A stretch of 63,626 bases of DNA, filler included, from Collodictyon triciliatum (Eukaryota), in the NCBI GenBank assembly GCA_043381765.1. It is 8 parts of 8 records of this genome, joined end to end, with 100 filler letters (N's around TTAATTAATTAA, not from the genome) between each part and the next. Parts side by side here need not be neighbours in the genome. Positions count along the whole stretch, not along the records: positions 10,055 to 20,002 come from JBHJMP010002844.1; positions 20,103 to 30,047 come from JBHJMP010002845.1; 6 more parts are not named here. One strand, given 5' to 3'. The translations under genes were made by a program, and so were the position numbers. The notes under the pieces are model-generated. The model saw only the letters and a list, made by a program, of their open reading frames with translations, had not been told where the DNA came from and made no database searches. Shown here one piece after another: positions 12,715 through 25,142 of this stretch; positions within the stretch are counted from its first letter, which is position 1; each line of letters begins with the position of its first letter.

Positions 12715-15541
12715 GCACAGCTCACTTTTTAACGTCCTTGACAATTATGCGTTTTTTTAAATATGTTTTCATGAGGCTAAATTGTTCAATCATTTCTCTC
12801 TCAGAAATATATTCTATCATACATATGTAATAATGCTAGATAAATACAATTCATCTATTTGATATTGATTGATGAATAATTCAAATGAAGGACGGCAAGG
12901 CCACGCTCTGATTTCTGTCGATGATGTGTTTCCGTTCCAATCTGATGAGCGCAGCTGCCTTTCGTTTGAATATAATACTCTGAAACCGGGTTCGTATACG
13001 CTTGAGTTAATATATGACAGGAGGTATGAAATAAATAAAGGAAAATCTTCTCCAAGTATGAATGAGACGCTCGAGTACTTGCCTGAAAAATGCAATCCTT
13101 TTTTCGAGAGGGATGTATTCCATTCTACCAGCAACGATAATGTAATTAATTTAATCGAAACTACATCGAAGTGCATTTATATTTATTACCTGATTTTATT
13201 CAAACTTTTGTTAGCCGGGATAGTTGTGTGTTTTTTATCCCTTAGGAAAAAAACTGCACGTGATTTAACAAGGATAATTGCTGCACTTTATCTTTACTGC
13301 TGTATCTTGGACCCATCTCATGTATCTCAGAAAATCGACAGAGGCCTATCACTGACTGTGCATAATTTCTTCACACTTTTCACTCAGGTTGATGTAAAAT
13401 ATATTGAAAATGAGGCTATCAAAGAGTTTAAGATTTACCGTGGCGTCTCAATGTTACTGTACCTAACTTCTCGATTGAGTATCGGTTGGGTATATTACTT
13501 GCTCGCATCTTTTTCTTCTCTTCTGCTGATTTCTTTACTCTGGGTCTATCGCAAGGTTGGTGCGTATCCGAGATGATACATTTTTATAATTATTGTGTGC
13601 CTTAATCGATGAAATCATGTCTACTCTTATTCTTCTCTGGCTTACCCCGTTAACTGCAGTACACACGAATCAAATATACTGGATACACCTTGGTGTGTGT
13701 GATGGTGGGATTGACTATTGCATATGGATGCACTCTCCCATCTGCAACCTCATTTCCTCTCTTCGTCGCCTCTGTCACCTCTTTGTTAAGTCCCGTTATC
13801 ATTCTACTTTATCTAGTCCAAAGAATAATTGCTCAGAGGAGGTTTCAATCAAATTTCTGCATAATGTGATATGCAAATGAATTATCAAGCTTGATAAATC
13901 CATTTTTTTTGAATCTCTACGGAAACTGAAATTTTGTATTCATGAAAATCGCAGAACAATAGAGCAGATTGAATATTCTTCGAGCAATCGCCTATTGGTG
14001 ATTATTCGACAGCTGCAAGAGGCTGGATTCAGTACCGAGTCATCAATTAAGACCATCATTCAGCCAAAAAGAAACTCCAACAACGAAGGCCCAACATTCA
14101 AATACTATTGTCCGATATGCATGCTCTATTTCAAAGGTATTTACGCCCATTTTTATTATTTTTATTTTTATTATTATTATTATTATTATTACTATTATTA
14201 TTATTACTTTAATAGCTCGATCATTTCAAACCAAATGTTATTTATCTAATGTCCGCTTATTTCCCTGAAATTTCTTTCAATTTTGTATTATGTTATTATA
14301 CCCGGCAACAAAGAGATAATGAAAGCGACTTGCTGTGAGCAATATATATGCGAGGACTGTGCGAAATCATTCATTTATGGTTTTTTTTTTAAAAAAAAAT
14401 ATACTCCTAACATCATATCTATAGTCTGGTAGTTCATGTCTCCTTTTTTTTTCTGGACGCAAATCTGACAATCTCAATATTTATAAACGAACACTCCAAG
14501 CTGATTAACTGAACTTTTGAATCAAGCGTCTGGAAAAGTCACCGTATCAGCTGATGTGGACTCTGTACCAGACATTCTGCCATCTTTGCCGTGTCCTTAC
14601 TGCACGCAAGAGCCTTTTCAGGTATGCTTAAAATCTATTTATGACGGTTTGGAAGGCATTCAAACGACTAGCCAAGCTGCGCTGTATGTGCGTACATGTT
14701 TGTACTCTTCTGGAATCTAAATTTACCATAGAGTATAATTACGATTCTAGTTATTACACCCTAAGAAATCGGAGCCCACCAGAAGTTACAAAGACGAAGT
14801 TGGAAGCAGCAAGAAAACAAAATCGAGGAATGCTGCATTGAAAATCGGCGACTCTTTCGAGGACATGAAGGTTTTGTATTATCCAATGTCATATGTCCTT
14901 TGTGATATTTTTTTGTATTATAACCCAGAACATGGAAATATAATAAAGCTCATCAACTTCAGTGCAAAATAACTGGTATAACCGAAACGTTGTTGCGATT
15001 TAATATTTTCTCTCTTTTTTCAATTGATGAATGTGACCTGTAGAGAAAGATGATATTATTTGAGGACATGGATAAAGGAACACGCCAACCAGAGCAAGAC
15101 AAAAACGAATTTAGGTGAGTTACATCTTATAGGATTTTTATAAGCAAGTTTATATTTGTGTCTTTCTATCATACAAAAATAAATGAGTCAGTCGTTTTCC
15201 TCCATGTTTTTGCTCATTTTTCTTCATCATCCGTGGTCAGACCACCAGGCGCTCCCTTCCCGGCTTTCATTCATTCATCGCCACACCCAGCACACCAGAG
15301 ACACGATGGGGGTTTGAACGTTGAAGATTCGCCCAGCGCTGCACCCAATCCGAAACATATTCTACCACCTATCAGAAGGCTGGACTTCGGCTTCCATAGC
15401 GACCATTTGGCAATGTCGATGCCCGGGTCTGTGCAAGCATCTCATGGAAACGAATCGGGTCTTGTCCCATCTTTGCCCAACACACCGCATGAAGTCTCAG
15501 AACACGGAACGGAAGGAACTGAAAGGATTATAAGGAGCTAG
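12209..15541 (+). CDS. Multi-pass membrane protein with a C-terminal SIP5/GW2/DA2-type RING finger (putative membrane E3 ligase)
   Basis: Hydrophobic segments in 12209-13841 splice in phase into CPICMLYFK|EIMKATCCEQYICEDC...LPCPYC, then LKIGDSFEDMK|RKMILFE. TAG at 15539-15541. Confidence 0.7.
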
Positions 15542-16103
15542 GCAATCCCTGTGTCACTCGCTCCTCGATTCCTATACAATTGCTTGTTAGTGTATTATAC
15601 TTTTGTTCTCTTATGGAGCTTCCTGTACAAAAATTCTGGTAGGATAGTGAATGTCTCAAAAGTTGTGTCTAGATACATAAATAATATCATCATTTTCACC
15701 ATGTTCACCTCTGCTGCTTGCGTGATAATCGTTGCTGATTTTCCTAAAAATTAAACAAATAAAAATCGCTGACGAAGTTGCATAAACCTCACTTGAGCGT
15801 TGTCACGCGGACGTATGAATGATTTTGGGAAAGATGAGTCAAGTTATGATGGCAATTGTAACTGTGAGGCATCTTCAGCCTCTTTGTTATTTTTTTTTTT
15901 TAAAAAAAAAAAGTCTATTGAATAGTATTTTTCTGCATGAAACAACTGGGCTTTGTGACTGAAAGAACACAAGAATTTGATTGTGGAAAATATTCTCAAA
16001 AGATATATCCTTATTTCGTTCTTTCGAGATATTATTCCCAGCCAAACACAGAGGACTCAGTTAACAAGCTTGAAATTATTTTGTTGGTAACTTGTCATAT
16101 ATT

Positions 16104-16165
16104 ATACTCGCAGGCCAACACTTTTGAATCGAATAAAGGGAAAAAAAAATACTCGCAGGCCAACA
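16104..16165 (+). mobile_element. 28-bp 5'-truncated retroelement tail (CTTTTGAATCGAATAAAGGG-A8) with a 17-bp target-site duplication
   Basis: ATACTCGCAGGCCAACA occurs at 16104-16120 and 16149-16165. The insert matches those at 36109 and 47456. Confidence 0.75.
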
Positions 16166-16898
16166 AATGACACACTGGAAAGCGACGAGTTCGTGATGTG
16201 ATAAACAACTTTCTGTTTATGCAACAAATGCTAATTTGGACATGACTGGAGGATGTAATAATAATATGCAACCTGGCAGCCATAACATTTCTATACATAC
16301 CGTATTCTACTGACCATGAATACGAAGCGTTGCATATTAGAATTAAAAAATAATATATTACCTGAAATTAAAAGGAATTTCATAAGGTTTAGGGTATAAT
16401 AAATTATATTACAAATATAGAAGATAAGAAAAATATAGGCCGCATTAAAATTCACTGAATGAGTGATGGTTATGTTCTACATCCTGCGCTCTATTCACAC
16501 TGATTTTTTTTGGTTAGGCAGCATCCGAATCCGTAAAGCAGGGTTGCATGAGTTGGACAAACCACGCTCGTAAATGACCGGCCGAATCACTGCAGCAGGG
16601 AACATTTCTGTGGGCGATTCAAATACTTGGAGATTGGCGGCTGCCTCCGTGTTATCCAGAAAAAGAGAATTCTTGTCGAGCGCACTGCTGCCATTGCCGT
16701 GAACAAATGCTCTGCCGAGATTGTCGCTCGAATTCTCTCAGTATAGAATCACAGGGCTCGTTTTTGGATTTCTGTTTTATTGTTAACAAAACCTTTTTTT
16801 TTATATATGTGCATATTTATTGAAATGAGCCCATCGGTTTAGGTACAACAACGAATACGTTCAAAAAACTGCCACTTTTGATCGCATCTGGATATTAA

Positions 16899-19800
16899 AT
16901 GCTGGTAGGAACAGTCTCCACTTCCAAAGAAAGCCTCCTTATCCAGCTATTTCTCTGATTTGTTGCTTCACATGTACTTACTTGCACAAACGCCTTTTTA
17001 CCACACTTTGGAGTGGACATGGAACATGACATCAGGTAGTATCCCGAACAGAAGAATGTATTTTTGCACAGCTTCCATCGAAAAAAAAATATTTTAATAA
17101 TAAAATTACGAGAACACCAAGCACATCCATAGTATAGGATGAAATTACTTCTATCTCGTGTATGGCAACTTGTAATCCACAAAGTAACAACCAACGCATT
17201 CTTTCAACAAGCTCTACATGTTTGGAGGGAGGATTGCTGATTCGCCAGAGAGTAGCAACGATATATACTCACTCGATTTAGAAACGTTTGAATGGGAAAA
17301 GGATTCACATACATCGCCCGATGTACCATCTCCAAGAGCTTACATGAGTTGCTCCTCATTACGAGACCGAATTTACATGTTTGGTGGTATTGCAAATTCA
17401 CGTTCGACAGAACTTTGGGAGTACAACCCAGGTTTCGTTTTGAGATTTTTCTATTATTTTTATCACAGTTTTTATATCTTAGCTAATAATTTGTTGGCAG
17501 AATGAACCATTATAAATTAAATAAATTACATTCAAAATGAAGAAAACAGTCATCTGTATTTTACATTAGTTTTGAAATATTGGAAAACTATCGTTCCGAC
17601 GAAGAAGGAGGAACAAAATATCCCACTTGATATTAATGCCTTCATGGCCACGTACCGGGACGCGCTTGTAATATTTGGAGCCTCAACAAAGAACCCATAT
17701 TATTATGATGATATCCCAAAAATATGGATGTACAATTTGAGTAAGTATAAGGCATATCCAACTTATGCATAAGTCATATTGCAGCTTACTACGGATATTC
17801 TTTTTGCAGACTCGAGTTTCTTTGTTAATAAAGCCCAATAATCCCGAATGTACCCATAGCAATAGGAGAATGGACAACACCTACCGAAGTTTATCAAGAC
17901 TATCCCTATTTCAATGTTGCCACATTATCTATATATGGCGATCTAATGTGTGTGATTGGTGAGGCGGTAGACGCTGATTGGAATATTGTATCCAACACAT
18001 TCGTCTTAAATCTTGGTAATTAGCAGCTTTCTTACCGTTAAAATGTATGAAATACTTGCACAAATTATCCTCTTTTTAGAAATCTATCAACAGTTTTATA
18101 CGATTGTAGAGACGTATGAATCTTACGAGCAAGTTATCGCTCCATTTGAATTTCTAAAGAATTACCCCATCGACTCGCCATCATCACGCACATATGCAAC
18201 TTCAGCATCCTTTGAGAACAAGTTTATTGTGATTGGTGGAATAAGCTCCATTTGCCCACAAAATGATGTTTGGGTTCTCGATACAGGTTAGTGTCCATCT
18301 TTTGGTACATGAAATTAGAAATCGTTAGAAAAATCATCATCATCATAATAATAATCATAACCCTAATCAAACAAACAAACCAACAAACAAACCAACAAAC
18401 AAACCAACAAACAAACCAACAAACAAACCAACAAACAAACAAATAAACAAACAAATAAACAAACATACATAAATAAATAAATAAAAAAGGAAAATGAAGA
18501 AGCTCCTTCTGATTCTCATATGAGCGCAATTTATTTGCAGTGGAGAAGAGGTGGAGCGACAGCAGCATGGACAAGTATCCCCTGGGCAGAGTAAACCCCT
18601 ATCTTGCTGCCATTGATAAAGGCAGACTGGCAATGTTTGGGGGAGGAATATGCCATTCCAAATCTCAGCCAATCAACGACTTTTGGATACTCTCCACAGG
18701 TTCTATACATGCATAGGAAAAAAAGCAAATAAGGCAAAATGCCACTTTCTAGATATCCTGTTTTTATGCATACACGTCTCAGAACCCTGTTTATTCGAAA
18801 ATAGAAATCATGAAATGGGAACGTATAACTCAAGAGTCAGTTTGCCACCCAAGCATGTCCGACTGTGCCCCGGCTCTTTCTGATGCCGTAAAAATATTTA
18901 TTATCTTTTCTCAAGAAAAATAAGGCTTGAAGTGATTAGAGCACTAGACCATTCCTCACTATACTTTATTTTATGTGCTGCATTTTTCAGGCTTTCTCGT
19001 ATTGGAACGGTAATTTCTACCTCATAGGAGGATTTTTCTTTGGGTTCAAAGAGCCGATACTCAGAAAATTTTCTTTAAGTGAGTCAAAAGAAGGAGGAAA
19101 TATTGTTTCTATATCCCGAATCTATCATGAAACTGCAATATTCGGAAATAGTATCATAACTCAAACTAATGGCTCCATCTCAGTAGAACATCAAATTATC
19201 GTTTGAGGATGTGATAAAACAATTACTCACTCAATTAAATCTTAGCATCCATGAATTAGTCCTATATGAATACTTCTGATACCTTTTGGATGGATCTTGG
19301 GGTTCGTTATCTATCTGCAAGCGCAATCATCGGAGACAAGCTTTTCATGTGGGGTGGAATGCATGTCAACGGGACAGTTCCCCCATCCAATATATATGTT
19401 TACCATTTTGACGAGGGGTTTGGTATTACAATTCCAAATTCTGACGACGGACCGGCGATTCGACTATCGGCTGATGGTATTGTTATCAATAAGCAGTTTT
19501 GCTTCTTGGACGTCAACATTTACGATTTACCCGGAGCTTTTCGTGAAATTTGGTGTTGGAATGAAGGTATCATTTTTTCGGGACCAATTTTGATTTTTTT
19601 TTAAATTATGTCTTAATGTATAAATATATAATATGTATATTCAAATTATATAATAAATAAAAGGGCTCATTTCACTCTGCAGATATTAACAAATGGAAGA
19701 AAGTTGCAACTTATCCACCGGGCATTTCAGTCGGCTTTGTAGCTGTTCATTTATCAAATCTAATGGCTTTTGGGGGATTCAACCAATGGACATTATCCTC

Positions 19801-20002
19801 CGATACGTGGATGGGAAATTGTAAGTATACAACAAAAAATTTTTCAAAGTTCCAGAAGATCTCCAAAATTTTCAGTAATCTTTATGCATTTCTTTTGGCA
19901 CTTGGAAGGGTGATACTAATCCAGTTTTTCCCTAGTAAAATCTGCATACTGGGCAGAGCTACCGTCCATCGAACAAGCCCCTCCTGGAAGGGTGAGGTCA
20001 TC
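16899..20002 (+). pseudogene. Kelch-repeat (beta-propeller) protein gene, probably secreted, apparently disabled and 3'-truncated by the contig end
   Basis: Repeated Kelch motifs (LYMFGG, PSPRAY, RIYMFGG, FIVIGG, LAMFGG, FYLIGG, LFMWGG, LMAFGG). Lesions: in-frame TGA at 16956, a frameshift near 17005, AT instead of a GT donor at 17089, and in-frame TAG at 19257. Confidence 0.65.
18368..18470. repeat. (CAAACCAACAAA)n intronic minisatellite
   Basis: Visible 12-nt tandem array inside a Kelch-gene intron. Confidence 0.9.
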
Positions 20003-20454
20003 NNNNNNNNNNNNNNNNNNNNNNNNNNNNNNNNNNNNNNNNNNNNTTAATTAATTAANNNNNNNNNNNNNNNNNNNNNNNNNNNNNNNNNNNNNNNNNN
20101 NNACTAATTTTTTAAAAAAAAAAAATACATGAAAAAAAAAAAAAAATTTCTTTAATTAAAAAACTAAAAAAAAAAAAAAAAACATAAAAGTATACTTAAA
20201 CTTAATCAGATCCAAACCAATCCAATATGGCACACATGAACAAGCAATTAATGCCAAAAAAGAAAAGTAAGGTACCATGAAAAGAAGAGAGATAAAGAGG
20301 GAGGAGACGTTATTTATTTTGCTGTATGGCACGAATGAACCGAATTGCTGTTCAAGTGGCGGTTTTGGCCGGAACTGGTCGTCCTTCTTTTGCGGCCGGG
20401 AATACACACAACCCGAAAGAGGATACACCCGAGTGTTTTTTTTTTTTTTTCAAA

Positions 20455-23400
20455 CTATTCGGCCTGAAGGCTTGATGGTGGACTGAGAGGAGAGGCTTCC
20501 TGGGAGGACTCGGTTGCTGGCATGTGCTGACGTGGTTCGTACGCATACTGCAGACGCTTTTTGTGGATGGATGTGAGTTCCGTTATCATTTTCTCCTCAT
20601 CAACACGCAACCGCTCCAATGCCGCTGCTCCTCCAACTTTACCGATGCGCATTCTAAGCGTAGCAATTTGTTGCTCTAACGGGCCGTTCCAGATTATTTG
20701 GTCGGGCCGGTCAGGTCGAGGCTTTGAGAGGGGATAAAGGGGATGAGAGGATATTAAAGCAAAGACATAATAACAAAATAAAATAATTTGAAAGGAAGAA
20801 TAAAAAAATAAAAATAATAATAATTGAACTGATTTTCTACATAGAAAATACACGATATATCTTCGGATACATAAAGTAATTGTGAAATACGAACAGCAGA
20901 CTCCGGACCCAGGATAAACTTCCGAGTTCTAACTAAGTCTAAGTAGTCTGCTTTGAGCTGATTCTCCATATGCAAAAGGTCACATCTACGCCAGACTTTA
21001 AAGCTCTGTATATATGACTTCCAGCACCACTCAAATCGAAGTAGGTATTCGGCATACGGCGAGCAGCTATGGAATACGATATTTTTTTTTTGAATTTTAA
21101 CATGAAAGATAAATGATTTACATATTGTCAAAAATTATGTATCATTCCAGATAAATTTCATCACATTAGATGGTTCTTATTCCCCATAGTTTTTTTTTCA
21201 GTTTCAAGATTCAGAATATCTGACCATAAAGCAGGACATGAATGTTATGTTTATCATATATGGCATGAATAAGACGTATACGGGTCAGCGACGTTAGAAG
21301 GTCCTACACAGTGCTCCCCAAGTTTTTCCAGTACTCCCAAAAGAACTATTGATGACCCCAGCAGAGCGCTGATTGAAAGGCAATAATAAAAATACAATTA
21401 AAAAAAGACCTTTGAATTACGGATGAACCAATGTGATTTCCCTCGCCAATTTGAAAGGTTATAATATATGGAGAGACCTTTCTTGTTGCATCGTCCCTCC
21501 GCAGCTGAACGTTGAAGGATGGCTTATAATTATATAAGCTGACAAAATGGCACGGGCGTTGAAAGTTAAAAACTTATAATTCCTGGGAAATCTGTAAAAT
21601 GTTCAATACAAATGAAGTTTTCTTGAATAAAACTAATACGAAATGTGTGTGCATGAAGATATTTCATTTTCTATCCTTCCCACTTCTTTTTCTCCACTCT
21701 TGCCATTAATCAAGACCAATCGTAACAAAATATGAGCGCAACTATTTGCGTGTATTTTCCTTGAAAACAAACCTTCCGGTTTTTTGTAATAGTTGGAGAG
21801 CGCTTTGAAGCTTCGAAAACAATTCACTCGCGATTGCTTGTATTCTCTTGGATTGTATAAGCGCTTCTGCCTCTTCGAAGCGAAGGGTCTTCATATTACA
21901 GGTGGTGAGTCCAGCGCCAAAGAAGCTCCTCCAAGACTCGCGGTCGTTCCTACTCCGTTTTAATTAAAGACAAGCGCCTATAATTCTTTTTAATTTCATT
22001 TTTTGGAAGGGATTATGTGAATACTGCGATGCTTTGAATGGTTAAGGGATATAGGCAATTACAGACCTCCTTTTTCTGTACCAAATTTGTATTCTAGATG
22101 CTGCAACAGCTGGAGTCTATTCATTTACGTTTTAAATATTAGAAGGAAAGGCCCAATCCTTCGGAAAAATGGACAAATTTGTTGCATCCTCAAGATTTTG
22201 ATCGTTACAGTTGAAAGAAGGAACACACCATTGGGGAAGTCTTGGGGCTATGCCTTTTTTGTCTAGCTTTACGCTCCTGTACAATTGTCCAAGATGGTGC
22301 ATGCCCGGCGCTCGAATGAGCCTACAAATTATCCAGTAAATGAGAATTATTTGTTAGGCTAGACACGAACACATACTTTCTAAATGAATTATATGCTGAA
22401 CTACACATGCAATACTATGATCAACAAGGGTGTGTGAATTGCGCAGCTCACAATCGAAGATGAAGCGGAGTTAGCAGAAGGGCCACCAAGATTGAGAATG
22501 CCATTTAATCTGTTATATAATTTTTCAGATTCATCTATGGTTTTTCATGAGCACAATTTAATGATAGGGATTCTGTCGTTGATCGGCTGTCCTCAAAAAC
22601 AAAACAAAACAATAACCTCACCGTCTTGCACAAATGAAAAGGAGGAAGAATAAAAAGAATATGTAAATAAAACCATGCCAATAAAGGACAGCGAGGTAAT
22701 ATCAAAACTATTCATCTTGACACAAATGGCAAAGTATAAAAAAAATCCAATATAAAATGGAGTAAAGTAAAATAAAAGTAAAAAAAATAATTCACATATG
22801 ATACAAATGAATAGGTAAATAATAATAAGAAAAAGAAATAAACGCACTTAGCCATGGCGCTTGATCCAACTCGTTGGTAAAGTTCAGAGTTAACAGAGGA
22901 GGATGAAATCTTCGGAGCAAGAATACCCCTTTCTTGTCGAATGGCATTGATTTGCATGTTCTTCTGAATGCTCATCTTAGCCCGGTTTACCTTCCTTTCT
23001 CTTATCTCCTAAAAATGTATTAATAGCAAATGTTACATAAGACATAGGTGTTAAATACAGATCAAAATGGTATTCGATACATCTGAATATTTCTTTGGCC
23101 AATAATACTACATGCTACAAATCATAAAGAGGGAGAGTGGTAGGGAGAGAAAGAGGAAAAAAAGAGGATATTTTGAAGGCCATAGTGGCCGTTAGTTGAA
23201 AAATGAAGCTGGTCATTAACATAAGAAAGCACCTTTCTTCTCCTTTCAGCCTCCATCTGACGCTGCTCTAAGTCCTGGGCAGATATTTGTGGTCGTCTGG
23301 TGGAAAAGGCAGCGCCAGACCCCTCCTTTTCTTTGTGTCCATGTTTCCCTTCTTGATCGAACACAATTGCAAATGAAACCCCTTTTACCGGTGCTGCGGG

Positions 23401-23721
23401 CAAGACATCCCCACTATTTTCCAATGGTGCTGTACTTTGTGAGAGCTGGCGATTCTCTTTCAAAACGGGCGACCCGCAAGACTCTGGAACAACCGGCAGA
23501 ATCTCAGGCGAGGAAAACTCGATGTCTGTGTCGGCGGGAATGACAAAGTCGGGCTGGTTTTCGTTGTCATTTTCGCCCTCCTCGTCGCAACTGGAAGGAA
23601 ACAGCGCCTCCACATCCGAGTCGGTCGGAATGAGCTGAGCTTCTTCTTCCATAGTGGCCGAGAGTTTCTCGCTCGCTGTGTGTGTCAAGTCATGTTGTGC
23701 GGCTTGATTCATCTGATTCAT
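20455..23721 (-). CDS. TCP11 (T-complex protein 11)-family-like protein with an IQ motif; start uncertain
   Basis: Spliced exons give AASRIQIWYRKR (IQ), MKTLRFEEAEALIQSK, FNARAILSAYIIISHP, FEWCWKSYIQSFKVWRRCD and RIGKVGGAAALERL, resembling the N-terminal and central blocks of plant/fungal TCP11 proteins. Confidence 0.6.
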
Positions 23722-24738
23722 CTGGGCTGGCTTGCTTGCTGGCAAAGTATCACCGTCCGACTGGCTGCGAGGTCTGTCTCTGTCAGTCTCTGTCTCTCTC
23801 TCCCTCTCTCTCTCTCTTTCTTTCGGCTCTTTGGTCTCCTACCGATGAAAAGGTGCTGGTCAGAAGGCGTGAGATCTCAGCGCTCTGTTTGACTCAGTCG
23901 GGATGGCCTTGGACCCTGCAGCTTGGCTGGCTGGATAGTGCCTGCTTGGACACTGACCGGAAAGCCGCGCGTGTCTCACGGGTTTTTGACCTTTGATGCT
24001 ATCCGCAGAGCCTGTGCCAGTTGCGATTACCACGAAATACACTCACCCGGTTTCCTGGAATTGTGTCGTGTTATGGTACGGTACAAAATTTCCAAATTTG
24101 TCAGTTGCCGCCGTGTATGTCTAATGGTCTGAATTACAAATTTGGATTCGAGCTCATTGTGTTGTTTGGCTCCACCGAAAAGCGGGCACTCGGAGCAGTG
24201 GAGGAGCTGCCTGCGGATTTTTGAAAGCGGCCCACAAAACACACACAAGCAAATCACACCAATATTAACGAGAGGAAAGAAAAGAAGAAGAAAAAAGGAT
24301 AAGGGAAAGGTGTGAGCAAAAAAAACCCAGCGAGGAGGACACCACAGGCCTGGACCAGATTTGGCGTGGCTGCGCACAAAGACATGCCTCCATCATATCG
24401 TTCCAAAGCTGGCAGCTCGAGCTTCGTTTGAAGGGTTACCCGCAGTGGAAGGAAAATTTCTGTCAGTGTTACTCTCTTTTCTAATTGTTTCCACATATGG
24501 CTGTTTGGGTGCTTTTATTTTCTTTGGCCGTCCATCAGAAGGCGCTTGTTGCCTCCTGCGGGCTTGCGTGTTGGGTATCCGCCCGTCTGTTTGATCACAT
24601 GCGCCCAAACGTCCCTGCCTGCCCGATCCCCCACGCCCAAACAGATGGCATAATTGATTCCAGACTGGATCACGCAGCACACACACACACACATGCCACC
24701 TTTCAATAACAGAAGTATCCAAAAGAAAATATACATGG

Positions 24739-24826
<88 letters not shown>
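24739..24826. repeat. Long poly(A) tract in the divergent intergenic region
   Basis: About 88 nt of A with a single C interruption. Confidence 0.95.
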
Positions 24827-24830
<4 letters not shown>

Positions 24831-25142
24831 ACGAGAAAAAACCAAATAAAAAAAGGTGGAAAAAAATGATCCTAAGACGGGCTTACCACCCATCCTTACC
24901 TTTCGTACCTCAAAAAAAGTAAAAGTAAAAGAAGTAACGTGAAGACAAAGAACAGTGACAAACATAATAACAAGACAAAGAACACGGCAACCTGTCCAAT
25001 ATTATCACAGGCAGCGGTATATAGCCAAGCACGATCGACAGCCACGCAAACCGTTCTGCGGAGGCGTATTTTCGTTTGGCAGGTGCCAGACTCTAACGCT
25101 GTTCCATTTATCTGTGCAGCTCCATTCAGGCGCGTCAGATCG

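Noticed and set aside
17089-17211. Possible U12-type AT-AC intron
   Set aside because: The 5' end is ATATTTT rather than ATATCCT and the 3' end is AG, so a mutated GT donor is more likely.
10163-19259. In-frame TAG codons suggesting stop-codon reassignment
   Set aside because: Long ORFs (2356 and 1183 aa) and conserved genes contain no internal TAG or TAA, and TAG appears to end genes at 15541 and 53961. The in-frame stops are confined to two decayed loci.
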